A DNA stretch of 64,000 bases from Cyanobacteriota bacterium (GCA_019752015.1 JAIEMQ010000006.1:421118-485117), one strand, 5' to 3'; positions 26,899 to 35,305 are shown, numbered from the stretch's first letter. Notes: generated by a model from the sequence alone, not told the origin. Program-made: numbers and translations.

Positions 26899-29238
26899 CT
26901 AGTGAATGAGCGGTCGATCTGATTGCGCCGCGTTTTCATTTGCGATCGTGAGTCCAAGAATCTCTCGAAGTTGCAGAGAGTTCACGATTTCAGCAACTTC
27001 GATATCCGTGCGCTTTGGAGCTTTGGTCGAGATAGTTGGTGCCAGTCCTGCAGCCACGAGATGCTTATGCGCGGCGGCGATGATCACATCATTTGCAGCA
27101 AGTCTGATCACATGACCAGTGTTGTTTGCGGCGGCTGCAATCGCACGCTCCAGTGTGGTTTGCATCGAATCGAACTGCGCTGGCACACTCGGATCAACAT
27201 GAAACCTTACGCGAACAACCGTTGTGCGTTCTGGTGCGTTCTTGTCAAGACCACGAGTACGCCCGGACAGCAGCGCGTCCAGGATTGAATAAATAGCCTC
27301 TCGGTCTTGGGCTCTCGTTCCATCGACGGCCATTAGTTCGTCATGAGCGATCGAAGACGAGAGCGCGCTCGCCAGAACGGGAGCGATCGACTGAATCAAT
27401 ACTCTCTGTTCGAGCCCTATCTCGGCTCCTGCCGCTGAATAAAAGGTGAGAGTGCCGACCAATATCTCGCCATCGATCAATGGGACGCTAGAGCCCAGGG
27501 CGACGCCGGCGCTGCGAGCCACGTCTGGCGGCAGATCGAGCGTTGCATCAGAATTCCAAATCGGCGTGCGATGCGCGGCCACCCACCCCGACAGTTTTTC
27601 GCCGAGGTGGACTTCCGAACCATCGACCAGGATCGCGAGGTGCCCGTCAGCAAAACGGCACTCAAGAGATCGCTGATTGTTAGCGAAACAATATATTGCC
27701 AACGTCGAATAGTTCGTCAACTTGCTAAGCTGGCTTGAGATGAGCAATCCCAAGTCGCCGATGGACGTGCCGGCCGGTGAGGGCCGAACGGAACGCAGAA
27801 GAGAGAGAGCCTTTAGTGGTAGACGCGCATCGACGTCTCCAAGATGACTGGTGGCAGGTTCGGTAGTGACACGGAGTTTAGTGGCGAGATTCTCAATCGC
27901 TTCGGATTCGCTCGCGCTAGTTGCGGCAATCTCTGAGAGCTTTCCCTGCGCTTCAATGAACCTGTCGACAATCAGCGGGTCGTACATCGTCCCACGTCGC
28001 TGCAGAAGGACTGCGATGGCGTCATCCTTGGAAAGCGCAGGCCGATAAGGTCGATCTGAAGTCAAGGCGTCAAAGCAATCAACGACAGAAAGGATACGCG
28101 CCCCCAGCGGAATCGCGACTCCTTTCAGCTTGTCGGGATACCCGCTTCCGTCCCAGGCCTCGTGGTGGTGCCGCACGATCGGCACGACTGGATACGGGAA
28201 GTGAATGGAGCCAAGAATCTCCGCGCCGATATTTGCGTGCTGCTTCATTACATCAAATTCATTCGGAGTAAGTTTTCCAGGCTTGTTCAGAATGAATTCT
28301 GGTATGGCCAGCTTGCCCATGTCGTGTAGTAGAGCCGCTGCCTCGATCGCTTTGATCTGCAAGTCGTCATTGACGCCCACTGCTTTCGCAAGGCCAACTG
28401 CAAGTCGCTGAACTCTACGAATGTGACCATGCGTGATCTGATCCTTAGCGTCGATCGCCATGGCCAGCGTTTCGATCGTCGACAAATACATTTTGTTCAC
28501 TTGCGTCAGGTGCTGGTTGGCATCCTCGATTCGACCAAGCGAAGTCTTGAACGTGAGATAGGAGATTAACAGCAGGGGGACGATCATTCCCAAGGTTGTG
28601 ATGTCTATCTCGCGCGTCTGAGTGACCAGCAGGCCCGCGACAGAAGCACCGCCGAAATAATTGACGCCAAGCCAAAAGAAGTTGTCGCGCCAGATTGGAT
28701 ATGGAGGTCGCCCTTGCTCAAGAGCCAAAGCGAACGTTACCAGCCAGCTATTGACGACAAAATAGGCGAGCGTGAATAGAAACAGTGGGAAAAGAATGCG
28801 TCCTAGCGGCGTGTGCTCAATTGAGTACGGCTGAATCCCCGAAACAGCAAAAAAGACTTGCGCCGCGAGCCATGTCGAAAGCGCTGCTAACGAAACGTTA
28901 AAGATGACTCGGAATGGTTCTCGAGCATGATGACCAAGGCGAAGCGAAATAATCAGCGCGTCCAATAGAACGGTGATCGTTCCGGCCGCCGGTCCGAACA
29001 ACAGCACTGACGCAAATACGAACGTGTCAGAAACTGAGAGGCGTGCGTTGATTTTGGGAATGCGAACGGTGAAAGAACCGGTCAGCAGTGTTAGCGCGGC
29101 CAAAATTAGCCACTGAAAATTAACCTGCTGAACGAAGACCTGCGCAAGTGACTGTAAGGCGATCGTCAACCCGATCGCCGACACAATCGCGACGTAGGCC
29201 CTACCTCTAGAGGAGAGGTTACGGAACTGTTGAGACAT
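26899..29238 (-). CDS. Polytopic membrane HD-GYP phosphodiesterase-type protein with a C-terminal GAF-like region and a possible degenerate GGDEF region
   Basis: About 7 N-terminal TM segments are present. The HD motif is AALLHDMGK and the GYP motif is RHHHEAWDGSGYP (28135-28170). The GAF-like part reads SGWVAAHRTPIWNSD...VPLIDGEILVGTLTFYS. The tail has RLAANDVII where R-GGDEF is expected. Confidence 0.85.
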   Translation of the reverse strand: MSQQFRNLSSRGRAYVAIVSAIGLTIALQSLAQVFVQQVNFQWLILAALTLLTGSFTVRIPKINARLSVSDTFVFASVLLFGPAAGTITVLLDALIISLRLGHHAREPFRVIFNVSLAALSTWLAAQVFFAVSGIQPYSIEHTPLGRILFPLFLFTLAYFVVNSWLVTFALALEQGRPPYPIWRDNFFWLGVNYFGGASVAGLLVTQTREIDITTLGMIVPLLLISYLTFKTSLGRIEDANQHLTQVNKMYLSTIETLAMAIDAKDQITHGHIRRVQRLAVGLAKAVGVNDDLQIKAIEAAALLHDMGKLAIPEFILNKPGKLTPNEFDVMKQHANIGAEILGSIHFPYPVVPIVRHHHEAWDGSGYPDKLKGVAIPLGARILSVVDCFDALTSDRPYRPALSKDDAIAVLLQRRGTMYDPLIVDRFIEAQGKLSEIAATSASESEAIENLATKLRVTTEPATSHLGDVDARLPLKALSLLRSVRPSPAGTSIGDLGLLISSQLSKLTNYSTLAIYCFANNQRSLECRFADGHLAILVDGSEVHLGEKLSGWVAAHRTPIWNSDATLDLPPDVARSAGVALGSSVPLIDGEILVGTLTFYSAAGAEIGLEQRVLIQSIAPVLASALSSSIAHDELMAVDGTRAQDREAIYSILDALLSGRTRGLDKNAPERTTVVRVRFHVDPSVPAQFDSMQTTLERAIAAAANNTGHVIRLAANDVIIAAAHKHLVAAGLAPTISTKAPKRTDIEVAEIVNSLQLREILGLTIANENAAQSDRPLIH

Positions 29239-29347
29239 CCGTGACGGCTGTAAGCATACAGCCTCGACTACTTATTCGCCCCAAATGATCAGCTTTGCCA
29301 TTGCTATACCCCCGTGAAAAATGCTGATTGATTGAGCAACAGTGTGC

Positions 29348-31129
29348 CTAATTGCCCCACACAATAATGTCCGTCGAATTGCCCCAAACGATGATGTCGT
29401 TTGAATTTCCCCACACGATGATTTCAGCGCCGCAATTTCCCCACACGATGATGTCGTTCGCTGAATTTCCCCAAACGATGATGTCTTGGGCATTGGTGTT
29501 GCCCCACACGATGATGTCTTGGCTGGTGGTGCCGTTACCCCAGACGATGATGTCGTTGGTATTACCCCAAACGATGATGTCTTCGGCTTTCGTGCCGTTA
29601 CCCCAAACGATGATTTCGCCCCAAGCGATGTCGTTACCCCAGACGATGATGTTTCCCCACACGATTATTTGTGCGGAAGTTCCGTCTGCCTTGGGCACTG
29701 AAAACGAGAAGGCCGTGGTTTGCTCGCCCCTTACAGGTCGAAGACTGGGCAGTTCATCGAGGTCTGCGAGATCCAAGCTTCCAGCGCCGCTGGTAAGTAA
29801 TCCTGCAGTGGGGATGTAGTCAGCGCTTGCTTGAAGCGCGATCTTCACTTGCAGTGGCGTCAGGTCCGCGCGGCCATCGAGCAACAGCGCTGCGGCTCCA
29901 CTTACAACGGCCGCCGACATGCTCGTGCCACTCATCGAGAAGTAATCGCGCGCACCAGGGCCGTCGATGAAGCGATCCGGGAACATTCCGACTAGTGTTG
30001 ACCCCGACGCCGCTGTCGAGATGATCTTCGAACCCGGCGCGACGAGATCCGGCTTGACGATGTGATCCACCATCGTCGGACCCTTCGAACTCCACGGTGC
30101 CACTTCGTCGTCGCTCGGATCCGCGGTGCCCTGCGTGCGCAGCGCGCCGACCGTAATCGCAAACGGCGAAATGCCAGGCGACGTCACGCTGCCGAACACC
30201 AGCTTGCCTTCCGGCGTCTGGCCGTAGTTGCCCGCCGATGCCACGACGACGATGCCCGCTTTCACCGCGCGCTCGACGGCGAGACAAATCGGATCGTCCT
30301 TGTAGCTCTGCGTCGGCGCCGCACCCAGCGACAGGTTAATGACGCGGATGCCAAGCTGATGGCGATACTTCGTCGCGAAGTCGATCGCTTCGATTACGTC
30401 CGCCGCTTCGCCCGATCCATCAGCGCCCAGCACTTTCAGGTTGATCAGGTGCGCCGCCGGCGCCATGCCGGAATCCGCGCCTTCAACACTGTTACGGAAG
30501 CCGCGCGCCGCGATGATGCCGGCGATGTGCGTGCCGTGGCCGTAGAAGTCCTCGCCGTGCCCGCGGCGATCCGTGAAGTCCACACTGGCAATCACGCGGT
30601 TCTGCAGCGCCGGATGATTGACCGCAATGCCGCTGTCGATCACCGCCACGCCAATGCCGCTGCCGGTGACCTTGCCAAGCGACTTGATCGCGCCCGACCA
30701 CGCCGCATCCGCGCCCGTCACGTCCGTCGTCAACGCCATCGCCGAATGCACGATCGGATTGCCCGACAGCGCCTCGACCTCGAGGTCCTGCGACAACGCG
30801 TCGAGCGCCTGGCGCGACACCATCACAACGGCGCCGGACGAGAGCGTCTTCTTGATACGAAGGCGATGGCGCTGCGCGAGGCGATCGATGCGCTCGACCG
30901 AACCGGAGAGGATGACCTCGACGTCGCCGCCGGATCCCGATTCCAGGTGCGTCCTGAGATCCGACGACAGCCGCGCGCGCCGGGGGCCCGCTTCCGCCGA
31001 AGCGGCAAGCGGAATCTGCAGCACGACGGCGGCCACGACAACGGCGGCGACGTGCCAGATCACCCGCAGCTCGCGGTGCCACCGCGGCGGATGAGTAATC
31101 GACTGTTGAATCGACGGTGACGACGGCAT
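29348..31129 (-). CDS. Secreted S8 (subtilisin-family) serine peptidase with a C-terminal IIVWGN repeat tail
   Basis: ATG at 31129 follows GGGGAGAG. A TM/signal is present (VIWHVAAVVVAAVVLQIPLAASA). The catalytic triad contexts are VIDSGIAVNHP, HGTHIAGII and SGTSMSAAVVSGAAALL. Confidence 0.9.
   Translation of the reverse strand: MPSSPSIQQSITHPPRWHRELRVIWHVAAVVVAAVVLQIPLAASAEAGPRRARLSSDLRTHLESGSGGDVEVILSGSVERIDRLAQRHRLRIKKTLSSGAVVMVSRQALDALSQDLEVEALSGNPIVHSAMALTTDVTGADAAWSGAIKSLGKVTGSGIGVAVIDSGIAVNHPALQNRVIASVDFTDRRGHGEDFYGHGTHIAGIIAARGFRNSVEGADSGMAPAAHLINLKVLGADGSGEAADVIEAIDFATKYRHQLGIRVINLSLGAAPTQSYKDDPICLAVERAVKAGIVVVASAGNYGQTPEGKLVFGSVTSPGISPFAITVGALRTQGTADPSDDEVAPWSSKGPTMVDHIVKPDLVAPGSKIISTAASGSTLVGMFPDRFIDGPGARDYFSMSGTSMSAAVVSGAAALLLDGRADLTPLQVKIALQASADYIPTAGLLTSGAGSLDLADLDELPSLRPVRGEQTTAFSFSVPKADGTSAQIIVWGNIIVWGNDIAWGEIIVWGNGTKAEDIIVWGNTNDIIVWGNGTTSQDIIVWGNTNAQDIIVWGNSANDIIVWGNCGAEIIVWGNSNDIIVWGNSTDIIVWGN
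29351..29668 (-). repeat. 12 in-frame copies of the hexapeptide IIVWGN (one is DIAWGE) with 0-6-residue spacers
   Basis: The tail reads IIVWGN IIVWGN DIAWGE IIVWGN GTKAED IIVWGN TND IIVWGN GTTSQD IIVWGN TNAQD IIVWGN SAND IIVWGN CGAE IIVWGN SND IIVWGN STD IIVWGN*. The units differ at synonymous third positions. Confidence 0.95.
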
Positions 31130-31169
31130 GACGAGTCTCTCCCCGGAAGGCTCTCGTTGATTCGGTGCG

Positions 31170-31382
31170 CTACCCGATCGCGCGCATTTCCTCGACCGAA
31201 TCGAGCAGCACGCGCTGCGATCCGCCGAGCGTCCGGATGGTGCGAAGGCGGCCATCGCGAATCCGGTAGTAAACAGTGCGTCTCGACACTCCCAACAGCT
31301 GCGCGGCCTGCTCGATGCTTACGCTGCGACCGACCTGCGGGTGGAACTCGGGCTGGCTATACGTCAGAGGTTGAACATCCAT
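31170..31382 (-). CDS. Excisionase-type (HTH_17/MerR-like) DNA-binding protein
   Basis: The HTH reads SIEQAAQLLGVSRRTVYYRIRDGRLRTIRTLGGSQRVLLDSVEE. GAGGAG lies 9 nt upstream of the ATG. Confidence 0.8.
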   Translation of the reverse strand: MDVQPLTYSQPEFHPQVGRSVSIEQAAQLLGVSRRTVYYRIRDGRLRTIRTLGGSQRVLLDSVEEMRAIG

Positions 31383-31410
31383 GCGAAGTTGCTCCTCGGT
31401 GCCCCCCTAA

Positions 31411-31428
31411 AGGCAGGGGTAGTGCCAA
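31411..31428 (-). promoter_or_regulatory. Candidate sigma54 (-24/-12) promoter
   Basis: The minus strand reads TTGGCACTACCCCTGCCT. GG lies at 31426-31425 and GC at 31414-31413, so the G-to-G offset is 12 as in the TGGCAC-N5-TTGC consensus. It is ~30 nt upstream of the HTH gene ATG (31382). Confidence 0.5.
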
Positions 31429-31630
31429 CTTCGGGTGGGTTTTGGGCGTCTCCTCTAAGTGATTGCGTAAACAGGGTTTGTTGGTCTACGATGCGGCAGC
31501 TGGACTACCCCCCAGCCACCAGCAATCGAGCCAAGGCGTTGCCCCGGTTGGGCTATAAGCGGGGCGTTTCGCAGGTTCTGCGTGCAGATCGCAAAATTTG
31601 CGGTGTTTCCGCGCAGGGAAAAAACGGCCA

Positions 31631-33406
31631 ATGGATTGGCCGACAGGACAACAAGTGAACCGACAACCGCGGGCATTGCTGAGCGTTCTGCTGATCGGGG
31701 TGATCGGCTTTGTCGGCTGGCGCTGGTACAACAGCGCGAGTACCGAGCAGGACAACGCCACCGAAGTCGTGGTCTCCGAGCAATCGACGCGCGGCGGCAG
31801 TATTACTGTCTCCCTGCGGAGCGAGCCCCGCTCCTTCAACCGGCTGGTCGATCGCAGTGTGCCGGTCGACATGTTTACCTTCCTGACCAACAGCAAGCTG
31901 GTCAGGGTCAATCGAGCCACCCAGGAGCTCGAGCCGGGCATCGCGGAGAAGTGGACCGTCTCGCCCGACAACCGGACCTTTACCCTGACGCTGCGGGACG
32001 GCGTCACCTGGTCCGACGGCACGCCGTTCACCTCGGCGGATGTGGTCTTCACCTTCCAGGCGATCTACGACCCGAGGGTCGAAAGCCTGCTGGCCAGCTC
32101 GATGATGATCGGCGGGAAGCCCGTGACCGTGACGGCCCCGGACCCGAAGACCGTCACGCTGACCATGCCGGCGCCGTTCGCGCCCGGCCTCGAGCTGCTC
32201 GACAACCTGCACCTCGTGGCGAAGCACAAGTACGAGGCGGCCCTCAAGGCCGGGAAGTTTGCCGAGGCGATCGGCGTGGCCACGCCGCCGCCGGATCTCG
32301 CCACGCTCGGCCCGTTCGTGCTGAAGTCCTACGTCCCCGGCCAGCGCATCGTGTTCGATCGCAACCCGCGCTACTGGAAGACGGACACCGCCGGCTTCCA
32401 GCTGCCGTACCTCGACCAGGTGATCCTCGAGATCGTGCCCGATCAGAACGCCGAGCTCGTGCGCCTGCAGTCCGGCCAGTTCGACATGCTGCAGCAGAAC
32501 ATCCGTCCCGAAGACATCGCCACGCTGCGCCCGCTCGAGCAGCAGGGCAAGGTGCGGCTGATCGACGTCGGCGCCAGCCTCGATCCCGATGCGTTCTTCT
32601 TCAATCTACGCTCGCCGTACTGGGCGAAGGACCCGCGCCGCGACTGGATTACGCGCAAGGAATTCCGCCAGGCCATTTCGCACGCAATCGATCGCGAGGC
32701 CTTCGCCAACACCGTGTTTCTGGGCGCAGGCGTGCCGGTGTGGGGGCCGATCACGTCCGGCAACCAGAAATGGTTTTCACCGAACATCCAGCGCTATGGC
32801 TACTCGCAGGCGCGCGCCAAAGAGATCCTCGCCGGCCTCGGCCTGATCAATCGCGACGCCGATGCATGGCTCGAGGATGCGAGCGGCACCGAGGCGCACT
32901 TCACGACCATTGCCTACCGAGGCAACTCGTCAATCGAGCGCGGCGGCGCGGTCCTCCGCGATGAGCTGAAGAAAATCGGCATCCGCATGGACGTCGTCCC
33001 GCTCGAACAGGGCGTCGTGATCCAGCGCATGATCAAGGGCGATTTCGAGTCGATCATGTTCCTCTACACGCAGAGCAATCTCGATCCGGCGATCAACTCG
33101 GACTTCTGGTTGAGCTCCGGCTCCGCGCACATCTGGAACATGAACCAGCCGAAGCCGGCAACCGACTGGGAAAAACAGATCGACGATCTGATGGTCACCG
33201 TGACGAGCGCCGGCGATCAGGCGGAGCGGAAGCGCGCCTTCGACGGGATCCAGAAAATCTTCGCGGAGAATCTGCCCGTGCTGTATTTCGTGACGCCTCG
33301 ACTGTACATGGCGACCAGCACGCGCGTGGGTGGACTGACCCCCGCGACCCTGCGGCCGCAGCTGCTGTGGAATGCGGAGCGCATGACGGTGAGGCAGGGC
33401 CGCTAG
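31631..33406 (+). CDS. ABC transporter substrate-binding protein, family 5 (peptide/nickel type)
   Basis: A membrane-anchor-like ALLSVLLIGVIGFVGW is present. Other matches are WSDGTPFTSADVVFTF, LVRLQSGQFDM and a length of ~590 aa. The start is either 31598 or 31631. Confidence 0.85.
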   Translation: MDWPTGQQVNRQPRALLSVLLIGVIGFVGWRWYNSASTEQDNATEVVVSEQSTRGGSITVSLRSEPRSFNRLVDRSVPVDMFTFLTNSKLVRVNRATQELEPGIAEKWTVSPDNRTFTLTLRDGVTWSDGTPFTSADVVFTFQAIYDPRVESLLASSMMIGGKPVTVTAPDPKTVTLTMPAPFAPGLELLDNLHLVAKHKYEAALKAGKFAEAIGVATPPPDLATLGPFVLKSYVPGQRIVFDRNPRYWKTDTAGFQLPYLDQVILEIVPDQNAELVRLQSGQFDMLQQNIRPEDIATLRPLEQQGKVRLIDVGASLDPDAFFFNLRSPYWAKDPRRDWITRKEFRQAISHAIDREAFANTVFLGAGVPVWGPITSGNQKWFSPNIQRYGYSQARAKEILAGLGLINRDADAWLEDASGTEAHFTTIAYRGNSSIERGGAVLRDELKKIGIRMDVVPLEQGVVIQRMIKGDFESIMFLYTQSNLDPAINSDFWLSSGSAHIWNMNQPKPATDWEKQIDDLMVTVTSAGDQAERKRAFDGIQKIFAENLPVLYFVTPRLYMATSTRVGGLTPATLRPQLLWNAERMTVRQGR

Positions 33407-33413
33407 GCCGCGG

Positions 33414-34379
33414 ATGGGACGCTATCTCCTGACGCGTCTCGCCTTCGCGCTCGTTCTGGTCTTCGTTGTTTCGTCCGCCGCGCTGTTACTGACGCGACTC
33501 GCCCCCGGCGACTTCGCGACGATGCAGGGTGTTGATCTGAGCGTCGAGCAGCGCGAGCAGCTGCGCGAGCGGCTCGGGCTCAATCGATCGTTCGCGGCGC
33601 AGTACCTGTCGTGGGCCTCTCACGCGATCCGCTTCGACTTCGGCCAGTCGATGTTGTATTCGCGCCCCGTCGGCGGCCTCGTCAAGGAACGCGCGCTCAA
33701 TACCGCCGTTCTCGCCATCATGGCCTTGCTGTTCGCGACGGCCATCGGCATCCCGCTCGGCATTTACTCAGGTACGCGATCCGGAATCGGCAGGTCGCTG
33801 ATCCGCGTCCTTTCCGTGATCGGCGTGTCGGTGCCGCCGCTCATCGGATCGCTGGCGCTGGTGTTTCTGGCCGCGCGCACCGGCTGGTTCCCCGTCGGCG
33901 GCATGACGTCGGCGGCGGGGATCGATCTGACGTGGTCGCAATGGATCGCCGATCTCGCCCGGCACGTGCCGCTGCCCGCGCTGGCGCTGGCGATTCCAAT
34001 GGCCGCGGCGCTCGAGCGGCTGCAATCAGAAGCGATCGAGTCGGCGTCGCGCGAGCGCTTCGTGGCGGCCAGCCGCGCGCGCGGCGTCGATCGCGCGCGA
34101 TCGATCCTTCGCCACGCCTGGCCGGTCTCGCTTCGCCCGGTCCTCGGGCTCTACGGCGTGATGATCGGCACGCTCTTCAGCGGCTCCTTCGTCGTCGAAG
34201 TGGTGACGTCGTGGCCGGGGCTCGGCCGGCTGATGTTCGATGCGCTGAAAGCGCGCGACTTGTTTCTCGTCGCCGGCTGCGCCGCGACCGGCGCGCTGTT
34301 TCTCGCGGCCGGCACGCTGATCGCCGATCTGCTGCTGGCCTGCACCGATCCGCGCGTGCGGGCGGGAGAGCGCGCGTGA
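33414..34379 (+). CDS. ABC transporter permease (DppB/OppB type)
   Basis: The N-terminus is MGRYLLTRLAFALVLVFVVSS. An EAA-like region is present (ESASRERFVAASRARGVDRARSILRHAWP). There are six predicted TM segments. Confidence 0.9.
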   Translation: MGRYLLTRLAFALVLVFVVSSAALLLTRLAPGDFATMQGVDLSVEQREQLRERLGLNRSFAAQYLSWASHAIRFDFGQSMLYSRPVGGLVKERALNTAVLAIMALLFATAIGIPLGIYSGTRSGIGRSLIRVLSVIGVSVPPLIGSLALVFLAARTGWFPVGGMTSAAGIDLTWSQWIADLARHVPLPALALAIPMAAALERLQSEAIESASRERFVAASRARGVDRARSILRHAWPVSLRPVLGLYGVMIGTLFSGSFVVEVVTSWPGLGRLMFDALKARDLFLVAGCAATGALFLAAGTLIADLLLACTDPRVRAGERA

Positions 34380-35305
34380 TCCGGCGCGCCGGCATTTTTC
34401 TCGCCGCGCTGATCCTGTTCTCGCTGATCGCGCCGTGGCTGGCGCCGTACGACGCCGGCAGGAAGTTCGACGATTTCCTGCACGCGCCGCCCATGCCGCC
34501 GCATCTCGACGGTCTCGCGCCGGTCGTGCATCCGCTGGTCCTCGCGGATCGCCTCGAGCAGCGCTTCGAGGCGGATCGATCGCGCACGGTCAGGCTGCCG
34601 TGGGTCCAGCACGACGATGCGACGCCGGTGTTCCTGCTGGGCGCCGACGACTTCGGCCGCGACGTGTTGTCGCGACTGCTGTTCGGCGCGCGCACCTCGA
34701 TCGGCTTGTCGCTCGTGGCCACGCTCGGCGCCGTGCTGATCGGCGCGCTCGCCGGGGCATGGGCGGGTTATCGCGGCGGCTGGATCGATGAAGCGATCAT
34801 GCGCGTCGCGGATTTCGTGCTCGTGTTGCCGGTGATCTACGTGGTGCTGGTGCTGCGAGCGGTGCTGCCGCTCGTGCTGCCGGCATCAACGGTGTTCGTG
34901 CTCGTCGCGTGGATCTTCATCGTGGTCGGCTGGCCGTTCGTCGCAAAGGGCGTGCGCGCGATCGTCGCCGTCGAGCGCGGCCGCGAGTACGTGCAAGCGG
35001 CGCAATCGCTCGGCGCCAGCCCGCTCCGCATCCTCGTCGTCCACTTGATTCCCGCGTGCGCCGGACACTTGCTCGTGCAAGCAACGCTGCTGCTGCCGGC
35101 CTTCATTCTCGCCGAGGCCACGCTGTCGTTCATCGGTCTCGGTTTCCCCGATCCGGTTGCGAGCTGGGGAACCATGCTGGCTGGTGCCGGAAACTACAAC
35201 GCAGTCGCAAGATTTCCATGGACGCTCGCACCCGCCGTCGCAATTTTTGCGATCGTCCTCCTCACCAATCTTCTCGCCTCACAACAAACCCCAATTCGCG
35301 ATTGA
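34376..35305 (+). CDS. ABC transporter permease (DppC/OppC type)
   Basis: The GTG overlaps the upstream stop (GTGA at 34376-34379). The sequence reads LLGADDFGRDVLSRLLFGARTSI...REYVQAAQSLGASPLRILVVHLIP. Confidence 0.9.
   Translation: MIRRAGIFLAALILFSLIAPWLAPYDAGRKFDDFLHAPPMPPHLDGLAPVVHPLVLADRLEQRFEADRSRTVRLPWVQHDDATPVFLLGADDFGRDVLSRLLFGARTSIGLSLVATLGAVLIGALAGAWAGYRGGWIDEAIMRVADFVLVLPVIYVVLVLRAVLPLVLPASTVFVLVAWIFIVVGWPFVAKGVRAIVAVERGREYVQAAQSLGASPLRILVVHLIPACAGHLLVQATLLLPAFILAEATLSFIGLGFPDPVASWGTMLAGAGNYNAVARFPWTLAPAVAIFAIVLLTNLLASQQTPIRD

Noticed and set aside
29272-29493. A 73-aa ORF on the minus strand overlapping the S8 repeat tail.
   Set aside because: It is an out-of-frame reading of the IIVWGN repeat DNA (SSFGEIQ.../SSCGEI...). 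Only its last codons (LIIWGE*) are of interest, as a relic repeat unit, and these are reported under the repeat finding.
23837-31428. The low-G+C module considered as an integrative element or prophage remnant, because of the excisionase-type HTH gene.
   Set aside because: I saw no integrase, recombinase, transposase, tRNA target or flanking direct repeats. HTH_17-type proteins are also common stand-alone regulators.
33611-34375. The N-terminal 255 codons of ORF 33611..35305.
   Set aside because: This part is out of frame with, and overlaps, the well-supported DppB-like permease. The real DppC-like gene starts at GTG 34376 with a GTGA overlap.
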